IMG/VR virus record: IMGVR_UViG_3300035199_001165
Location: 1 to 27,562 of that record
Strand: one strand, 5' to 3'
DNA from: a virus
Lineage: Duplodnaviria > Caudoviricetes
DNA: 27,562 nt
Below, in pieces: positions 1-7,810 of the stretch. Made by a program: the position numbers and the translations under genes. The stretch's first letter is position 1; each line of letters starts with the position of its first letter. The notes under the pieces were generated by a model. That model was not told where the DNA came from, did not search any database, and was given only the letters and a program-made list of their open reading frames with translations.

Positions 1-63
1 GCCGAAGGCGCCCAGCTTGTACAGGGCAATGCCGCCAGCAGCAGTGGTAGCCGGCTCAGTCAT
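1..63 (-). CDS. 5' end of putative holin (runs off the window)
   Basis: Minus-strand ATG at 63 reads MTEPATTAAGGIALYKLGAFG. It is hydrophobic and lies downstream of the late promoter/terminators, where lambdoid lysis genes begin. Confidence 0.55.
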   Translation of the reverse strand, partial: MTEPATTAAGGIALYKLGAFG

Positions 64-152
64 GTTCACTCTCATCAAGGAGCCCTGCAGAAGTCGCCTG
101 CCATGGCATTGCGTGGAATGGGCGCCGCCTTCCCGTGGGGAGGGGTAACAGG

Positions 153-311
153 TCAGCGGCAGAAACTTGAGCCGAGCACTTGGATTGGCAGCCATGGGGA
201 CATGGCCAGCGCTTCGGCAAGGTCATCGGGATGGATCAGGATTCGCTCGAGCTGGATGCCACGCCGCTGCGCTTCGTAGTACCAGCGCTTGATGCGGTGC
301 TCGAGCGTCAT
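153..311 (-). CDS. Small hypothetical protein (52 aa) in the late leader
   Basis: Read by hand: GGAG RBS then MTLEHRIKRWYYEAQRRGIQLERILIHPDDLAEALAMSPWLPIQVLGSSFCR*. Below the size cut-off of the ORF track. Confidence 0.5.
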   Translation of the reverse strand: MTLEHRIKRWYYEAQRRGIQLERILIHPDDLAEALAMSPWLPIQVLGSSFCR

Positions 312-323
312 TCCGGACTCCAG

Positions 324-354
324 AAATGAAAAAGCCCGGCCAAAAGACCGGGCT
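324..354 (-). terminator. Intrinsic terminator (second late-leader terminator)
   Basis: Minus strand AGCCCGG-TCTTTTGG-CCGGGCT followed by TTTTCATTT. Confidence 0.7.
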
Positions 355-441
355 ACGCAAGGTTCCTACCATCAGGCAGGAAGGCGCTCATCACGCCCGC
401 GGAAAATTATCTACAACGTGCGCGAGGAATCAAGAGCCCAC

Positions 442-472
442 AAAAAAGCCCAGGCGTTTCGGCCAGGGCTTT
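442..472 (-). terminator. Intrinsic terminator (tR'-like)
   Basis: Minus strand AAAGCCCTGGC-CGAAAC-GCCTGGGCTTT followed by a T-run, just downstream of the putative late promoter. Confidence 0.7.
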
Positions 473-501
473 GGGTTGAACTTCGTTAGGGGGAAGTTCG
501 A

Positions 502-542
502 GTTATGGAAAGAAGTGTGTGCCAGCCGCACATTTCTGTCAA
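502..542 (-). promoter_or_regulatory. Putative late promoter (pR'-like) with a downstream -10-like pause element
   Basis: Minus strand TTGACA (542-537), 17-bp spacer, CACACT (519-514), 6 nt, CATAAC (507-502). It sits immediately after the Q-position gene and before two terminators. Confidence 0.55.
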
Positions 543-562
543 TACGTTATAACAGTCCATTT

Positions 563-1153
563 CTATGCCGCCTCCAGCATCACACTGATGACGTTGGAGA
601 CCGGGATCAGCGCCTGCTTGTCCACGTCATCGCAGGCCAGGAAGCAGGCGTCGACGAAGGGCTCCCACTCACGCGCCCAGTTGCGGGAATCCAGGATCAC
701 CTCGCGAACGTCCAGCAGCCAGAACCGAAACGCTTCGGCCGAGGGCAGCGGATCGGGCGCAGCGCTCTGGCCGCCCTGGTGCATGCGCCGGTACCGGTGG
801 AGCACGCCGGCGGCGACATGGCGGGCGCGCTCGAACTTCTTCGCGTACATGCGTTCACCGCGGCTGTAGGCCAGCTCGAACACCAGAGCTTCAGCCTCTT
901 CGCGCAGGTCATCGCTGTCGCCCGGGGCGTACATGTGGTGGCCGAACAGCTGGAGCCGGCGCGGCAGCGTGGCGATAGCCGACTGGATGCGCCCAGCCAG
1001 GGCCCGGTGCGCGCAAATGCCCACCGAGTTATCGAGCTCGGTCTTCTGCACCCCGACGCCCAGCTCCTGGATCATGGCGAAGTGCGCCGCGTTGCTGTTC
1101 CATTGCGAATAGAGGCAATCGTGCCAGGCAGTTCTCGCGCTATTCAGTCGCAT
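563..1153 (-). CDS. Putative late-gene antiterminator/regulator (Q-position protein)
   Basis: 196-aa ORF, last gene of the nin operon, followed by a promoter, terminators and the putative holin. Function is assigned by synteny only. Confidence 0.55.
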   Translation of the reverse strand: MRLNSARTAWHDCLYSQWNSNAAHFAMIQELGVGVQKTELDNSVGICAHRALAGRIQSAIATLPRRLQLFGHHMYAPGDSDDLREEAEALVFELAYSRGERMYAKKFERARHVAAGVLHRYRRMHQGGQSAAPDPLPSAEAFRFWLLDVREVILDSRNWAREWEPFVDACFLACDDVDKQALIPVSNVISVMLEAA

Positions 1154-1229
1154 GGTCCTTCTCCCCCTTGATCAACCCGTATTCCCTCAAGATCGCCATG
1201 TTCCAGGCGACGTACTCAGCCAACGTCAA
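1140..1229 (-). CDS. Very small hypothetical protein (29 aa, TTG start)
   Basis: TTGA overlap with the upstream stop; MTLAEYVAWNMAILREYGLIKGEKDHATE. It carries the RBS of the Q-position gene. Confidence 0.4.
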   Translation of the reverse strand: MTLAEYVAWNMAILREYGLIKGEKDHATE

Positions 1230-1354
1230 ACCGCAGTCTCCGTCCGCGTGGCCCCACAACGGCGGCAGGTGCAGGTCTGCAAGCGCTCCCCCAGGCTGTG
1301 CCAGGTGTACGCACCTCCCCAGCAGCAACCGAAGAACAGGCATTTCCAGGTCAT
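1226..1354 (-). CDS. Small Cys-rich phage protein (42 aa, DUF1660-like)
   Basis: ATGA overlap with the ninG stop; MTWKCLFFGCCW...CRRCG pattern. Confidence 0.55.
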   Translation of the reverse strand: MTWKCLFFGCCWGGAYTWHSLGERLQTCTCRRCGATRTETAV

Positions 1355-1956
1355 GCGACGTCTCCTTTCTTCAGATCGCGCACCAGGGCGCGGTACTTGG
1401 CTTTGAGCGCCTTCAGCTCCTCGATGGTGTAGCGCTGGGCCTCGTGCGGGCCTTCCAGCCAGCCCACCTGGTCGGCGCCGATGCGCTGCACCAGGCGGAT
1501 GCGGTACTCCACGGCGTTGCCGGAGAGGTCGCGATTGCATCGCACGCACTGCTTGTGCACGTTCAGGGGCTCGAAACGCAGCTCCGGGCAGGAGCCGGTC
1601 GACCGGTAGTGGCCGGCGTCCCAGCGACTGCCGGTGATTAGGCCGGCATCGTTGGTGGTCGAGTCGCAGCTGATGCAGGGCTGATGACGGTCGCGCTCGC
1701 GGATGTAGGCGTTGAAGGCCTGCTGCGCCTCGCGGAGATGGTCCGACCGGCTCTTCAGCTTCTCCTTGCGGGCCTTGAGTTCCCGGCGCTCGCGATCCTG
1801 AATAGCCTTGCGGGCACGCTCGGCGTGGACGTCCTTGGTGGCCAGGGCGCAGGCCGGCGAGCACACACGCTGCCCCAGGCGCTGCGGGACGAACGTGCTA
1901 CCGCAGGCGGCGTTCTGGCAATTCTTTGGGCGAGGAGGCTTGGCAGTGAGGGTCAT
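1351..1956 (-). CDS. ninG: NinG/Rap recombination endonuclease
   Basis: N-terminal Cys cluster, then AQQAFNAYIRERD, CISC, WDAGHYRS, LRFEPLNVHKQCVRCN and SGNAVEYRIRL motifs typical of NinG. Confidence 0.92.
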   Translation of the reverse strand: MTLTAKPPRPKNCQNAACGSTFVPQRLGQRVCSPACALATKDVHAERARKAIQDRERRELKARKEKLKSRSDHLREAQQAFNAYIRERDRHQPCISCDSTTNDAGLITGSRWDAGHYRSTGSCPELRFEPLNVHKQCVRCNRDLSGNAVEYRIRLVQRIGADQVGWLEGPHEAQRYTIEELKALKAKYRALVRDLKKGDVA

Positions 1957-2411
1957 GCTGCAGCCCCCATCTCGCGCTGATACCGCATGTACTCCGAGTC
2001 CTCCGGGTGCGGCAGGTAGATGCCGTGCTCCGAAGCCCAGGCGTCCACGCAGGTCATGAAGGCGTGCATTTCGCCCTTGTCGAGCTCGCTGGTGTGGCGC
2101 AGCTCGTGGCGCTCAGTGACTTCCCCGGTCTTCAGGTTGATGTCACGGATCAGCTCTTCGCCAAGGAAGGTCTGCTTCAGGTTCCGCTTCACGTTCTCCA
2201 TGTTCATTGGCGCGCCGGTGGCGAAGGTGGTCTTGCCCATGCGGACGAAGAACTGGGCGATCTCCTCGCACCACTTGTGGAACAGGGCGTTCTGCGGAAG
2301 GCTGCGGCCGGCGCCGGTAATGGCCACGTTGCAGGGGAAACCCTTACGGCGGATGGCGGCCTGCAGTGCGGCAAGGTCGCTGATCTGGGAGAGGCGGATT
2401 TTCTCAGCCAT
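1953..2411 (-). CDS. ninB: NinB/YbcN-family recombination protein
   Basis: RSLPQNALFHKW and HTSELDKGEMHAFM motifs, C-terminal GIYLPHP, adjacent to ninG. Confidence 0.8.
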   Translation of the reverse strand: MAEKIRLSQISDLAALQAAIRRKGFPCNVAITGAGRSLPQNALFHKWCEEIAQFFVRMGKTTFATGAPMNMENVKRNLKQTFLGEELIRDINLKTGEVTERHELRHTSELDKGEMHAFMTCVDAWASEHGIYLPHPEDSEYMRYQREMGAAA

Positions 2412-2709
2412 GGCTCACCTCCCGCATGGCCGCCTCAGCGGTCATGGCCGGCATCTGCCAGTCGTAGGCGCGGTTGAAGCACAGCGGGTCCATGCGGATA
2501 TGGCGGTCGGGCTGGACCTCGCCGCGGATGTCGAACCAGGCATCGCCGATCTTGGTCAGGACGTGCTCGCCGTCGTACCAGGGCTCTGCCTGGGGAAAGA
2601 CCTGCTTCAGCGCCAGGTACACGCGGAAGCAGCCGCCGTGAAGGCCCCAGCGGGCCATATCCGGGTGCAGTTCGCGCAGAGCGGACAGGAAGGCGTGAAT
2701 GTCAGGCAT
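2404..2709 (-). CDS. Hypothetical phage protein (101 aa)
   Basis: GGAGG RBS before ATG 2709; HGGC...HVLTKIGDAWFDIRG has a Cys-His-Asp order reminiscent of a papain-like fold (inference). Confidence 0.65.
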   Translation of the reverse strand: MPDIHAFLSALRELHPDMARWGLHGGCFRVYLALKQVFPQAEPWYDGEHVLTKIGDAWFDIRGEVQPDRHIRMDPLCFNRAYDWQMPAMTAEAAMREVSHG

Positions 2710-2854
2710 GGGTGGCCTCCTTGCGATAACGCGCCTGGCGCTTCTTCGCGCAGGACTGGTGGTCACCACGATTGCGTACCTTGCCGCATTCGTCGCAGAG
2801 GTGCGGATGCTCCAGGCCGGCGGTGGCGATCTTGCCGAGGTTGGGCTTAGTCAT
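2702..2854 (-). CDS. Small putative zinc-binding protein (50 aa)
   Basis: Read by hand: MTKPNLGKIATAGLEHPHLCDECGKVRNRGDHQSCAKKRQARYRKEATHA, with CxxC-x7-HxxC. It overlaps both neighbours by 8 nt. Confidence 0.6.
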   Translation of the reverse strand: MTKPNLGKIATAGLEHPHLCDECGKVRNRGDHQSCAKKRQARYRKEATHA

Positions 2855-3485
2855 GGCGAACCCCTGCCGCCGGGCGACGGAAGAACATCGATAGGGCCCA
2901 CTCCGCCTTCGTCAGGGCGCGCAGATCAGCCATGCGTGCGCGGTTCAGTGCGCGATGGTGCTCGGCATTGGCTTTCTCCATGGCTGATCGACCGAGCCAA
3001 GCAGCAAGGCGCTGCTGCAGAAGGTCGCCAATCATGGCGACGGGGCTCCCCTTCTCCTTGATCCCGGACCGAAGGTAGCGGTGGTAATACGGCTGCCCGA
3101 GCCCGCTCTGGATGACGACACCGAGTTCGTAGGTCGAGTACTCCGCGAAGCCGTTCGGCCCGAAGCAGCCGAGACGGCCTCCGGAGACAGCCTTGGCGCC
3201 GAAATATTCCATGTCGCCCCAGGCAAAGATCACCGGGCAGCCAGTGGCGGCCTGCAGATCACGCGCCTTATCGAGTTCAACCTCAGTCGGATGCGGGCCT
3301 TTGACCTCGACGTAAACGCCAGCACCGGGCAGGTAGAAGTCCGGCAGGTACCAGCCGAGGCGGGTGTTGATGGGCTCAGGCTCGTAGATCCACTGGATGC
3401 CCAGTGCATCCATAAAGCCGGCCCAGCGGGTTTCCGAGTGCGAGCGCATCCAGTAGTCCTGGAAGCGATGGACAGTGCTACCCAT
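2847..3485 (-). CDS. PD-(D/E)XK superfamily nuclease
   Basis: RSHSETRWA...WIYEPE...YLPDFYLP...VEVKG matches the E...PD...ExK catalytic pattern. Confidence 0.8.
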   Translation of the reverse strand: MGSTVHRFQDYWMRSHSETRWAGFMDALGIQWIYEPEPINTRLGWYLPDFYLPGAGVYVEVKGPHPTEVELDKARDLQAATGCPVIFAWGDMEYFGAKAVSGGRLGCFGPNGFAEYSTYELGVVIQSGLGQPYYHRYLRSGIKEKGSPVAMIGDLLQQRLAAWLGRSAMEKANAEHHRALNRARMADLRALTKAEWALSMFFRRPAAGVRHD

Positions 3486-4269
3486 TTACTTCTCCCTCCC
3501 CTTTCTGCATTTCTTCCACCTTGGCCACCACGTCGGCCTGGTGCTGGCGGCGGGCTCGCAGCTCACGGCGGCGATCCCAGCGCTTCTGTATTTCCTTGCG
3601 GCGGCGACGTTCCTGCAGCTCGTCGCGAATGGCCTGGAGCTTCTGGCGGGTGGCTGGGTCCGGCGCACCCATGGCACCGGTCAGCAGGCCGGCGATGGCT
3701 TGGCCGTTCCCAGTCGGGCTTTCCAGGTTGTGCTGGAGCAGCAGGCGATCAGCCTCGGGGGCCGGCAGGCGCTTCAGGTCGCGGGCCTGCTCGATGGCCC
3801 GGGTGCGCAGCTGCGGGTCGAAGCCGATGGAGACCGACCACTTCACAGGGGCCGCATCGCGGCGCGCTTCCGTTACCAAGCGGTCGTAGGCGCTGATGAA
3901 GGCCATCCGGGCGCCGACCTTGTCGCGAGCATCCAGCAACGGGCGAGCGACCTGCAGGGCGGACAGGATTTCCCCGGTCATCACCACCGTGTCGCGCTCG
4001 TCGCCGGCCTGCAGGGCAATGGACCAGGCCTCATCACGGCCAGGGCGACCGTCTTCGGCATGGATTCGCTGGAGCACAGCGGCGAGGGTCAGCTTTCCCG
4101 TCAGCTCGCGGCGGCAGGATTGCAGTGCCCCGGCGATCACCTCCACCGGGTACTCAGCGAGGTCCTTCGCCATCAACTCGGCAGCGGTCGCACTGAGCAC
4201 CTGCCCAATGGTTTCGGCGGTGGCGCAGATGGCCACGGCCAGTTCGGCTTGTTCGTCAGAGGAAAGCAT
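3478..4269 (-). CDS. Replication protein P-like (putative helicase loader)
   Basis: Overlaps the 3' end of the O-like gene; DGRPGRDEAW motif; lambdoid O-P synteny. Confidence 0.6.
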   Translation of the reverse strand: MLSSDEQAELAVAICATAETIGQVLSATAAELMAKDLAEYPVEVIAGALQSCRRELTGKLTLAAVLQRIHAEDGRPGRDEAWSIALQAGDERDTVVMTGEILSALQVARPLLDARDKVGARMAFISAYDRLVTEARRDAAPVKWSVSIGFDPQLRTRAIEQARDLKRLPAPEADRLLLQHNLESPTGNGQAIAGLLTGAMGAPDPATRQKLQAIRDELQERRRRKEIQKRWDRRRELRARRQHQADVVAKVEEMQKGEGEVNG

Positions 4270-5260
4270 TGGCCTTGCTCCCTTCGCGGATGTTGCGGGC
4301 TGCCTCTTGGGCGGCGTTGAGGTTGGCCTGGGTGTCCTCGATCTGGCGGGCGGTGCGGGAGTTCATCTGGCGACCGGTGAACCACTGGGTCCGGTAGCTC
4401 TCCGCGCCCTGGAGCAGGTTGCCGAGGCTGTGGCTGGAGTTGATCAACTTGGCGTCGTTGATCCGGAGGTAGAACGCGGCGACCTTCGGAGCCTCTTCAG
4501 CGCCAAGGCGGTCGACCAGCTGGGTGATCTGTCCTGCGACCTTGGCGTTCCACACCGGCCACACCGAGTAGCGGATGCGGTAGGCCATGGCGTAGTTGGC
4601 CCAGGCCTTGTAGGTCTTGCAGGTAGGGTCTTTCGGCCCCGGCATGTCGGCGGGAATCTCACAGCGTGGCTCGTTCGTCGAGTTGTCGACGATCAGCGCC
4701 AGTTCGCCGCCCTTGGCCGGCTCTGCCGGACGGGGGCTGCAATCCTGATTGGTAATCTGACTGGTTTCCTGATTGGTACCCTGATTACTGGTTTCCTGAT
4801 TTGTCGGAGATTTTTCCGACCCATCTCGGATTTTTTTCCGACCACCCTCGGATTTTTTTCCGACCTTGCTCGGAATATTTTCCGAGGTAGAGCGGATTTT
4901 TTTCCGACCCTCTGCGACCTTCTTGGTCGGATATTTTTCCGACCCATCCAGCTTTCGATTCCACTCCCTGCCTTTCTTGGTCAGGCGCACCAAGGTGATG
5001 CTGTTGGTGCTCGACAGCTCGATCACGCCAGCGCCTGCCAGGGTCTTCAGCAGGCGGTAGACGGTGTCGGGCTTATCGGTGAGCAGCGGCAACTCCTCCA
5101 TTACCTTGGCCTTGCTCAGCGCGTAAAAGTCACCATCCTTGGTCTCGATTGGTTTGGCCCAGCTCGGGCACTCGTAGACGAACGCAAACAGCAATGCCTG
5201 CTGTGCGTTCAGGCCCCACTCAAGGGCCTTGACCTGGTTGATGGTGACGGTGAACTGCAT
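4256..5260 (-). CDS. Phage replication initiator (O-like)
   Basis: N-terminal winged-helix-like region (KPDTVYRLLKTLAGAGVIEL), iteron-encoded basic repeats in the centre, position after cro and the CII-position gene. Confidence 0.85.
   Translation of the reverse strand: MQFTVTINQVKALEWGLNAQQALLFAFVYECPSWAKPIETKDGDFYALSKAKVMEELPLLTDKPDTVYRLLKTLAGAGVIELSSTNSITLVRLTKKGREWNRKLDGSEKYPTKKVAEGRKKIRSTSENIPSKVGKKSEGGRKKIRDGSEKSPTNQETSNQGTNQETSQITNQDCSPRPAEPAKGGELALIVDNSTNEPRCEIPADMPGPKDPTCKTYKAWANYAMAYRIRYSVWPVWNAKVAGQITQLVDRLGAEEAPKVAAFYLRINDAKLINSSHSLGNLLQGAESYRTQWFTGRQMNSRTARQIEDTQANLNAAQEAARNIREGSKANAFL
4745..4942. repeat. Replication origin: six 16-bp iterons plus short CTGATT(GGT) repeats
   Basis: TCGGA-N6-TCCGA units start at 4804, 4826, 4848, 4870, 4892 (first base G) and 4927; the first five have an exact 22-bp period. 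CTGATT repeats lie at ~4745-4801. Confidence 0.85.
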
Positions 5261-5262
5261 GA

Positions 5263-5868
5263 TCAGGCGTCCTGCTGTTCGATAGCCTGCTCGGCAGCCT
5301 GAATCAGGGTTTCCGCCTTGGCCGACAGGGCGCGCAGGCCGGCTATCAAGCCGGGAAGGTGCTCGCGGTCCTGCTGGTTGATCACCAGGTCATCGAAGAC
5401 CTGGGCGCCGATCCCGGCCACGTCACCCATGCGCCCCATCAGGCCGCTGAAGGCTTTCATCGGGCCCATGCCCTCAATGCCGACCGGGCGGACGGCCAGC
5501 AGGCCATAGCGACCAGCCAATTCGATCAGGCAGCGCTCGCGCCATTCAGGCAGCAGGGACTGAACCCAGGCTTCTTCGATCCAAGCCGGGAACTCGACGG
5601 TGTCGGCGGCCAGCCAGCGCTGGACGCGCTTCAGCCAGGCGCCGGCAGCGCGGGAATAGGTTTGAGGGTCACAGGTGCGGGTCATCGACTCGAGGTCGGG
5701 AACGTCCTTGGCGGCTGCCTTGTCCGGCGCCATGGCGTACAGGGCGCGGCTCAGGGCTTCGGCGAAGTCTTCCTTGCTCATGCTGGTACGGCTCAGCATG
5801 TCGGCGGCGTGGGCAATCAGTACGGTGTCGCGGGTGCTGCTGTGAGTCTGCTGTCTGTTACTGGACAT
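5263..5868 (-). CDS. CII-position phage regulatory protein
   Basis: 201 aa, AGGAGG RBS, located between cro and the replication initiator. Function by synteny. Confidence 0.55.
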   Translation of the reverse strand: MSSNRQQTHSSTRDTVLIAHAADMLSRTSMSKEDFAEALSRALYAMAPDKAAAKDVPDLESMTRTCDPQTYSRAAGAWLKRVQRWLAADTVEFPAWIEEAWVQSLLPEWRERCLIELAGRYGLLAVRPVGIEGMGPMKAFSGLMGRMGDVAGIGAQVFDDLVINQQDREHLPGLIAGLRALSAKAETLIQAAEQAIEQQDA

Positions 5869-5929
5869 TTCGACAACGGCCTCCTGGCCCTACCTTGTCA
5901 TTACTTGATCAACCGACAGGGAGTCCCCC

Positions 5930-6184
5930 ATGCCGACCGACCTTTCCGAATTACGCGGCGAACTACTCGCCCTTCGTTGCTACGTGGCAGCCCTGATCCA
6001 GGTGCTGCCCCTCTCCTCTCAGCTGCGACTACCGGCAGCCTTTGAAAACCGTGCGGACCTGATCCGCGATCAACTCGACGAATCCGGACAAGCCGGGTTC
6101 GCCCGCGCAGCGACTTCGCTGGCGGTTAGGCGGCGTGAGGTTTCTCGGCTCGCTTCAGTGCCGGGCACAGGTCAACGGCCTTGA
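5930..6184 (+). CDS. Small hypothetical protein antisense to the PR operon
   Basis: GGGAG RBS; helical N-terminus (LSELRGELLALRCYVAALIQVLP); 3' end overlaps the end of cro. Confidence 0.5.
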   Translation: MPTDLSELRGELLALRCYVAALIQVLPLSSQLRLPAAFENRADLIRDQLDESGQAGFARAATSLAVRRREVSRLASVPGTGQRP

Positions 6185-6344
6185 ACTCGCCATCGGTTTC
6201 AGCCTCGGCGCGCAATGCGGTGACTGCGCTCATGCCGTGCTTCTCGCGAACCCAACCGGAGACGGTTCCTTGATCGACGCCCAACCTTTCAGCGGTCTTG
6301 GTCTGGGTGCCGAAGTGGTCAACCAGGTCTTGGAAGATGCTCAT
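6126..6344 (-). CDS. cro: Cro/YdaS-like HTH repressor
   Basis: 72 aa, FGTQTKTAERLGVDQGTVSGW HTH, C-terminal DLCP, GAGG RBS, divergent from cI. Confidence 0.9.
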   Translation of the reverse strand: MSIFQDLVDHFGTQTKTAERLGVDQGTVSGWVREKHGMSAVTALRAEAETDGEFKAVDLCPALKRAEKPHAA

Positions 6345-6356
6345 CTCATATCCTCA

Positions 6357-6425
6357 TACGGGAATACCCATAATGTAGAACATGGGAATACCCGTTTGCA
6401 AGGGTATGGGAGCGCCCGTAATACT
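6357..6425. promoter_or_regulatory. OR operator array with divergent PR and PRM
   Basis: Three 16-bp quasi-palindromes at a 24-bp period: TACGGGAATACCCATA (6357), CATGGGAATACCCGTT (6381), TATGGGAGCGCCCGTA (6405). TTGCAA (6396-6401) pairs with TACATT on the minus strand and TAATAC on the plus strand. Confidence 0.85.
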
Positions 6426-6431
6426 CGCGCG

Positions 6432-7292
6432 ATGGAATACAAAGACCGAATAAAGACTGCTAGGAAGCACGCCAAGCTGACGCAGGTGGAGCTGGCCAAG
6501 CTCGTAGGGATCGACCAAACGTCGATCTCAGACCTTGAGCGCGGAAAATCTCAAAGTTCTAGCTACAACGCTCGCATCGCTGCGGCTTGCGGAGTTAGCT
6601 CTTTGTGGCTGGAAGACGGTCTCGGTGAGATGGTCGATGCGGGCGCATCATCCGATCAGACCACGCTGGTTTTAGCCCAAGGCCAAGGCAAAACAAGTAC
6701 CGCCGCCGATTTGGTACGCGCAATGCTTGCCACAAAGGCCGGTAAAGCTCTCTCGACGGTCGCGCAGGAGCGCCTGATGGCAGCTGCTGATACGATTCCG
6801 GAGTCATCCGCAGGGCACTCCAGCAACGTCATCGCCGGAGATTTCCCGCGGCCGCCCCGGCTTGTGGACGGCGACATCCTGATTCCACAGTACGACGTGC
6901 GGGCCAGCATGGGCCACGGCCAGGTGCCGGCCGACTACGCCGAGTTCGTGCGCAACGTGGTGGTCAGTGGCCCGCAGCTGGAGAAGCTGGGCCTGGAGTA
7001 CACCTCCCCCGCCAATCTCTCGATCATCACCGGCTGGGGTCAGTCCATGGCTGGCACCATCGAGGACAAGGACCCGCTGATCGTTGATCGTGGCGTGACG
7101 GAGTTCGCTGGCGATGGCATCTACGTCCTGACCTGGGACGACCACCTCTATATCAAGCGCCTGCAAAAAGCTGACACCGATCATTTCGACCTGATTTCCG
7201 ACAACCCCAAGCACAAGGATCGCGTGGTGCATGTGGATGAAGTGACCATCCATGCCCGGGTGCTCTATGTGTGGCGAGGGATGAAGGTTTAG
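6432..7292 (+). CDS. cI: CI-like repressor (HTH_3 plus S24 peptidase)
   Basis: LTQVELAKLVGIDQTSISDLERG HTH; ASMGHG cleavage-site region; GQSM catalytic Ser and YIKRL catalytic Lys. Probable start is ATG 6432. Confidence 0.95.
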   Translation: MEYKDRIKTARKHAKLTQVELAKLVGIDQTSISDLERGKSQSSSYNARIAAACGVSSLWLEDGLGEMVDAGASSDQTTLVLAQGQGKTSTAADLVRAMLATKAGKALSTVAQERLMAAADTIPESSAGHSSNVIAGDFPRPPRLVDGDILIPQYDVRASMGHGQVPADYAEFVRNVVVSGPQLEKLGLEYTSPANLSIITGWGQSMAGTIEDKDPLIVDRGVTEFAGDGIYVLTWDDHLYIKRLQKADTDHFDLISDNPKHKDRVVHVDEVTIHARVLYVWRGMKV

Positions 7293-7318
7293 CCGACAAC
7301 AAGACAAGGAGGTCGCCG

Positions 7319-7801
7319 ATGCGCGCCGTTGTTCCGCTACTTGCTCTGACATTGATGGCTGGGTGCGCGCAAGCGCCTAAGCCGATCGAGTTCGGAACTT
7401 TCCCGGTTTCCGAGTACCAGGCACTTCCGAAAACCGGTACCAGCACCATCGCCGGCCAGATTTTCATGAAGACCCGAGGTGGGGATGTGAAGTACGGAGC
7501 GGGTACCGAAGTCGTACTCGTCCCCGTCACAAGCTACACAACCCCACTACTCGAGGCCTACCAGCAGGACCGCCCTATCACCGCTCCTGATCCGCGGGTG
7601 AAGGAGTACTCCCGGCGCATGCTTACAGATGGCACTGGCAGCTTCCGTTTCGAGAAAGTTCCAGGTGGCTCCTATTACGTGATTGGCAGCGTGAGCTGGG
7701 AAGCCCCTACGCAGTGGGGACTTTCCAAACAAGGCGGCCACCTCCTGTCGCCGGTGACTGTTGAGGAAGGACAGGAAGCTCGCGTTATCGTCACCAAGTA
7801 G
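7319..7801 (+). CDS. Lipoprotein with a carboxypeptidase-regulatory-like beta-sandwich
   Basis: AAGGAGG RBS, lipobox MAGC, TDGTGSFRFEKVPGGSYYV motif. Confidence 0.75.
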   Translation: MRAVVPLLALTLMAGCAQAPKPIEFGTFPVSEYQALPKTGTSTIAGQIFMKTRGGDVKYGAGTEVVLVPVTSYTTPLLEAYQQDRPITAPDPRVKEYSRRMLTDGTGSFRFEKVPGGSYYVIGSVSWEAPTQWGLSKQGGHLLSPVTVEEGQEARVIVTK

Positions 7802-7810
7802 GAATTTGCC

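Noticed and set aside
1-12. GCCGAAGGCGCC at 1-12 also occurs at 27542-27553, suggesting attL/attR
   Set aside because: The left copy lies inside the putative holin gene in the middle of the prophage, so a chance 12-bp GC-rich match is more likely.
4804-4942. Regular repeats as a possible mini-CRISPR array
   Set aside because: The spacers are only 6 bp, the repeats lie inside the replication initiator, and no cas genes are present; they are iterons.
326-6045. Long plus-strand ORFs (326-1171, 2020-2850, 3081-3896, 3475-4320, 3896-5302, 5359-6045)
   Set aside because: They are antisense shadows of recognisable minus-strand genes, a common artefact in high-GC DNA.
6135-6431. N-terminal extension of the 385-aa cI ORF
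   Set aside because: It overlaps cro and the operators, and the HTH domain begins at ATG 6432.
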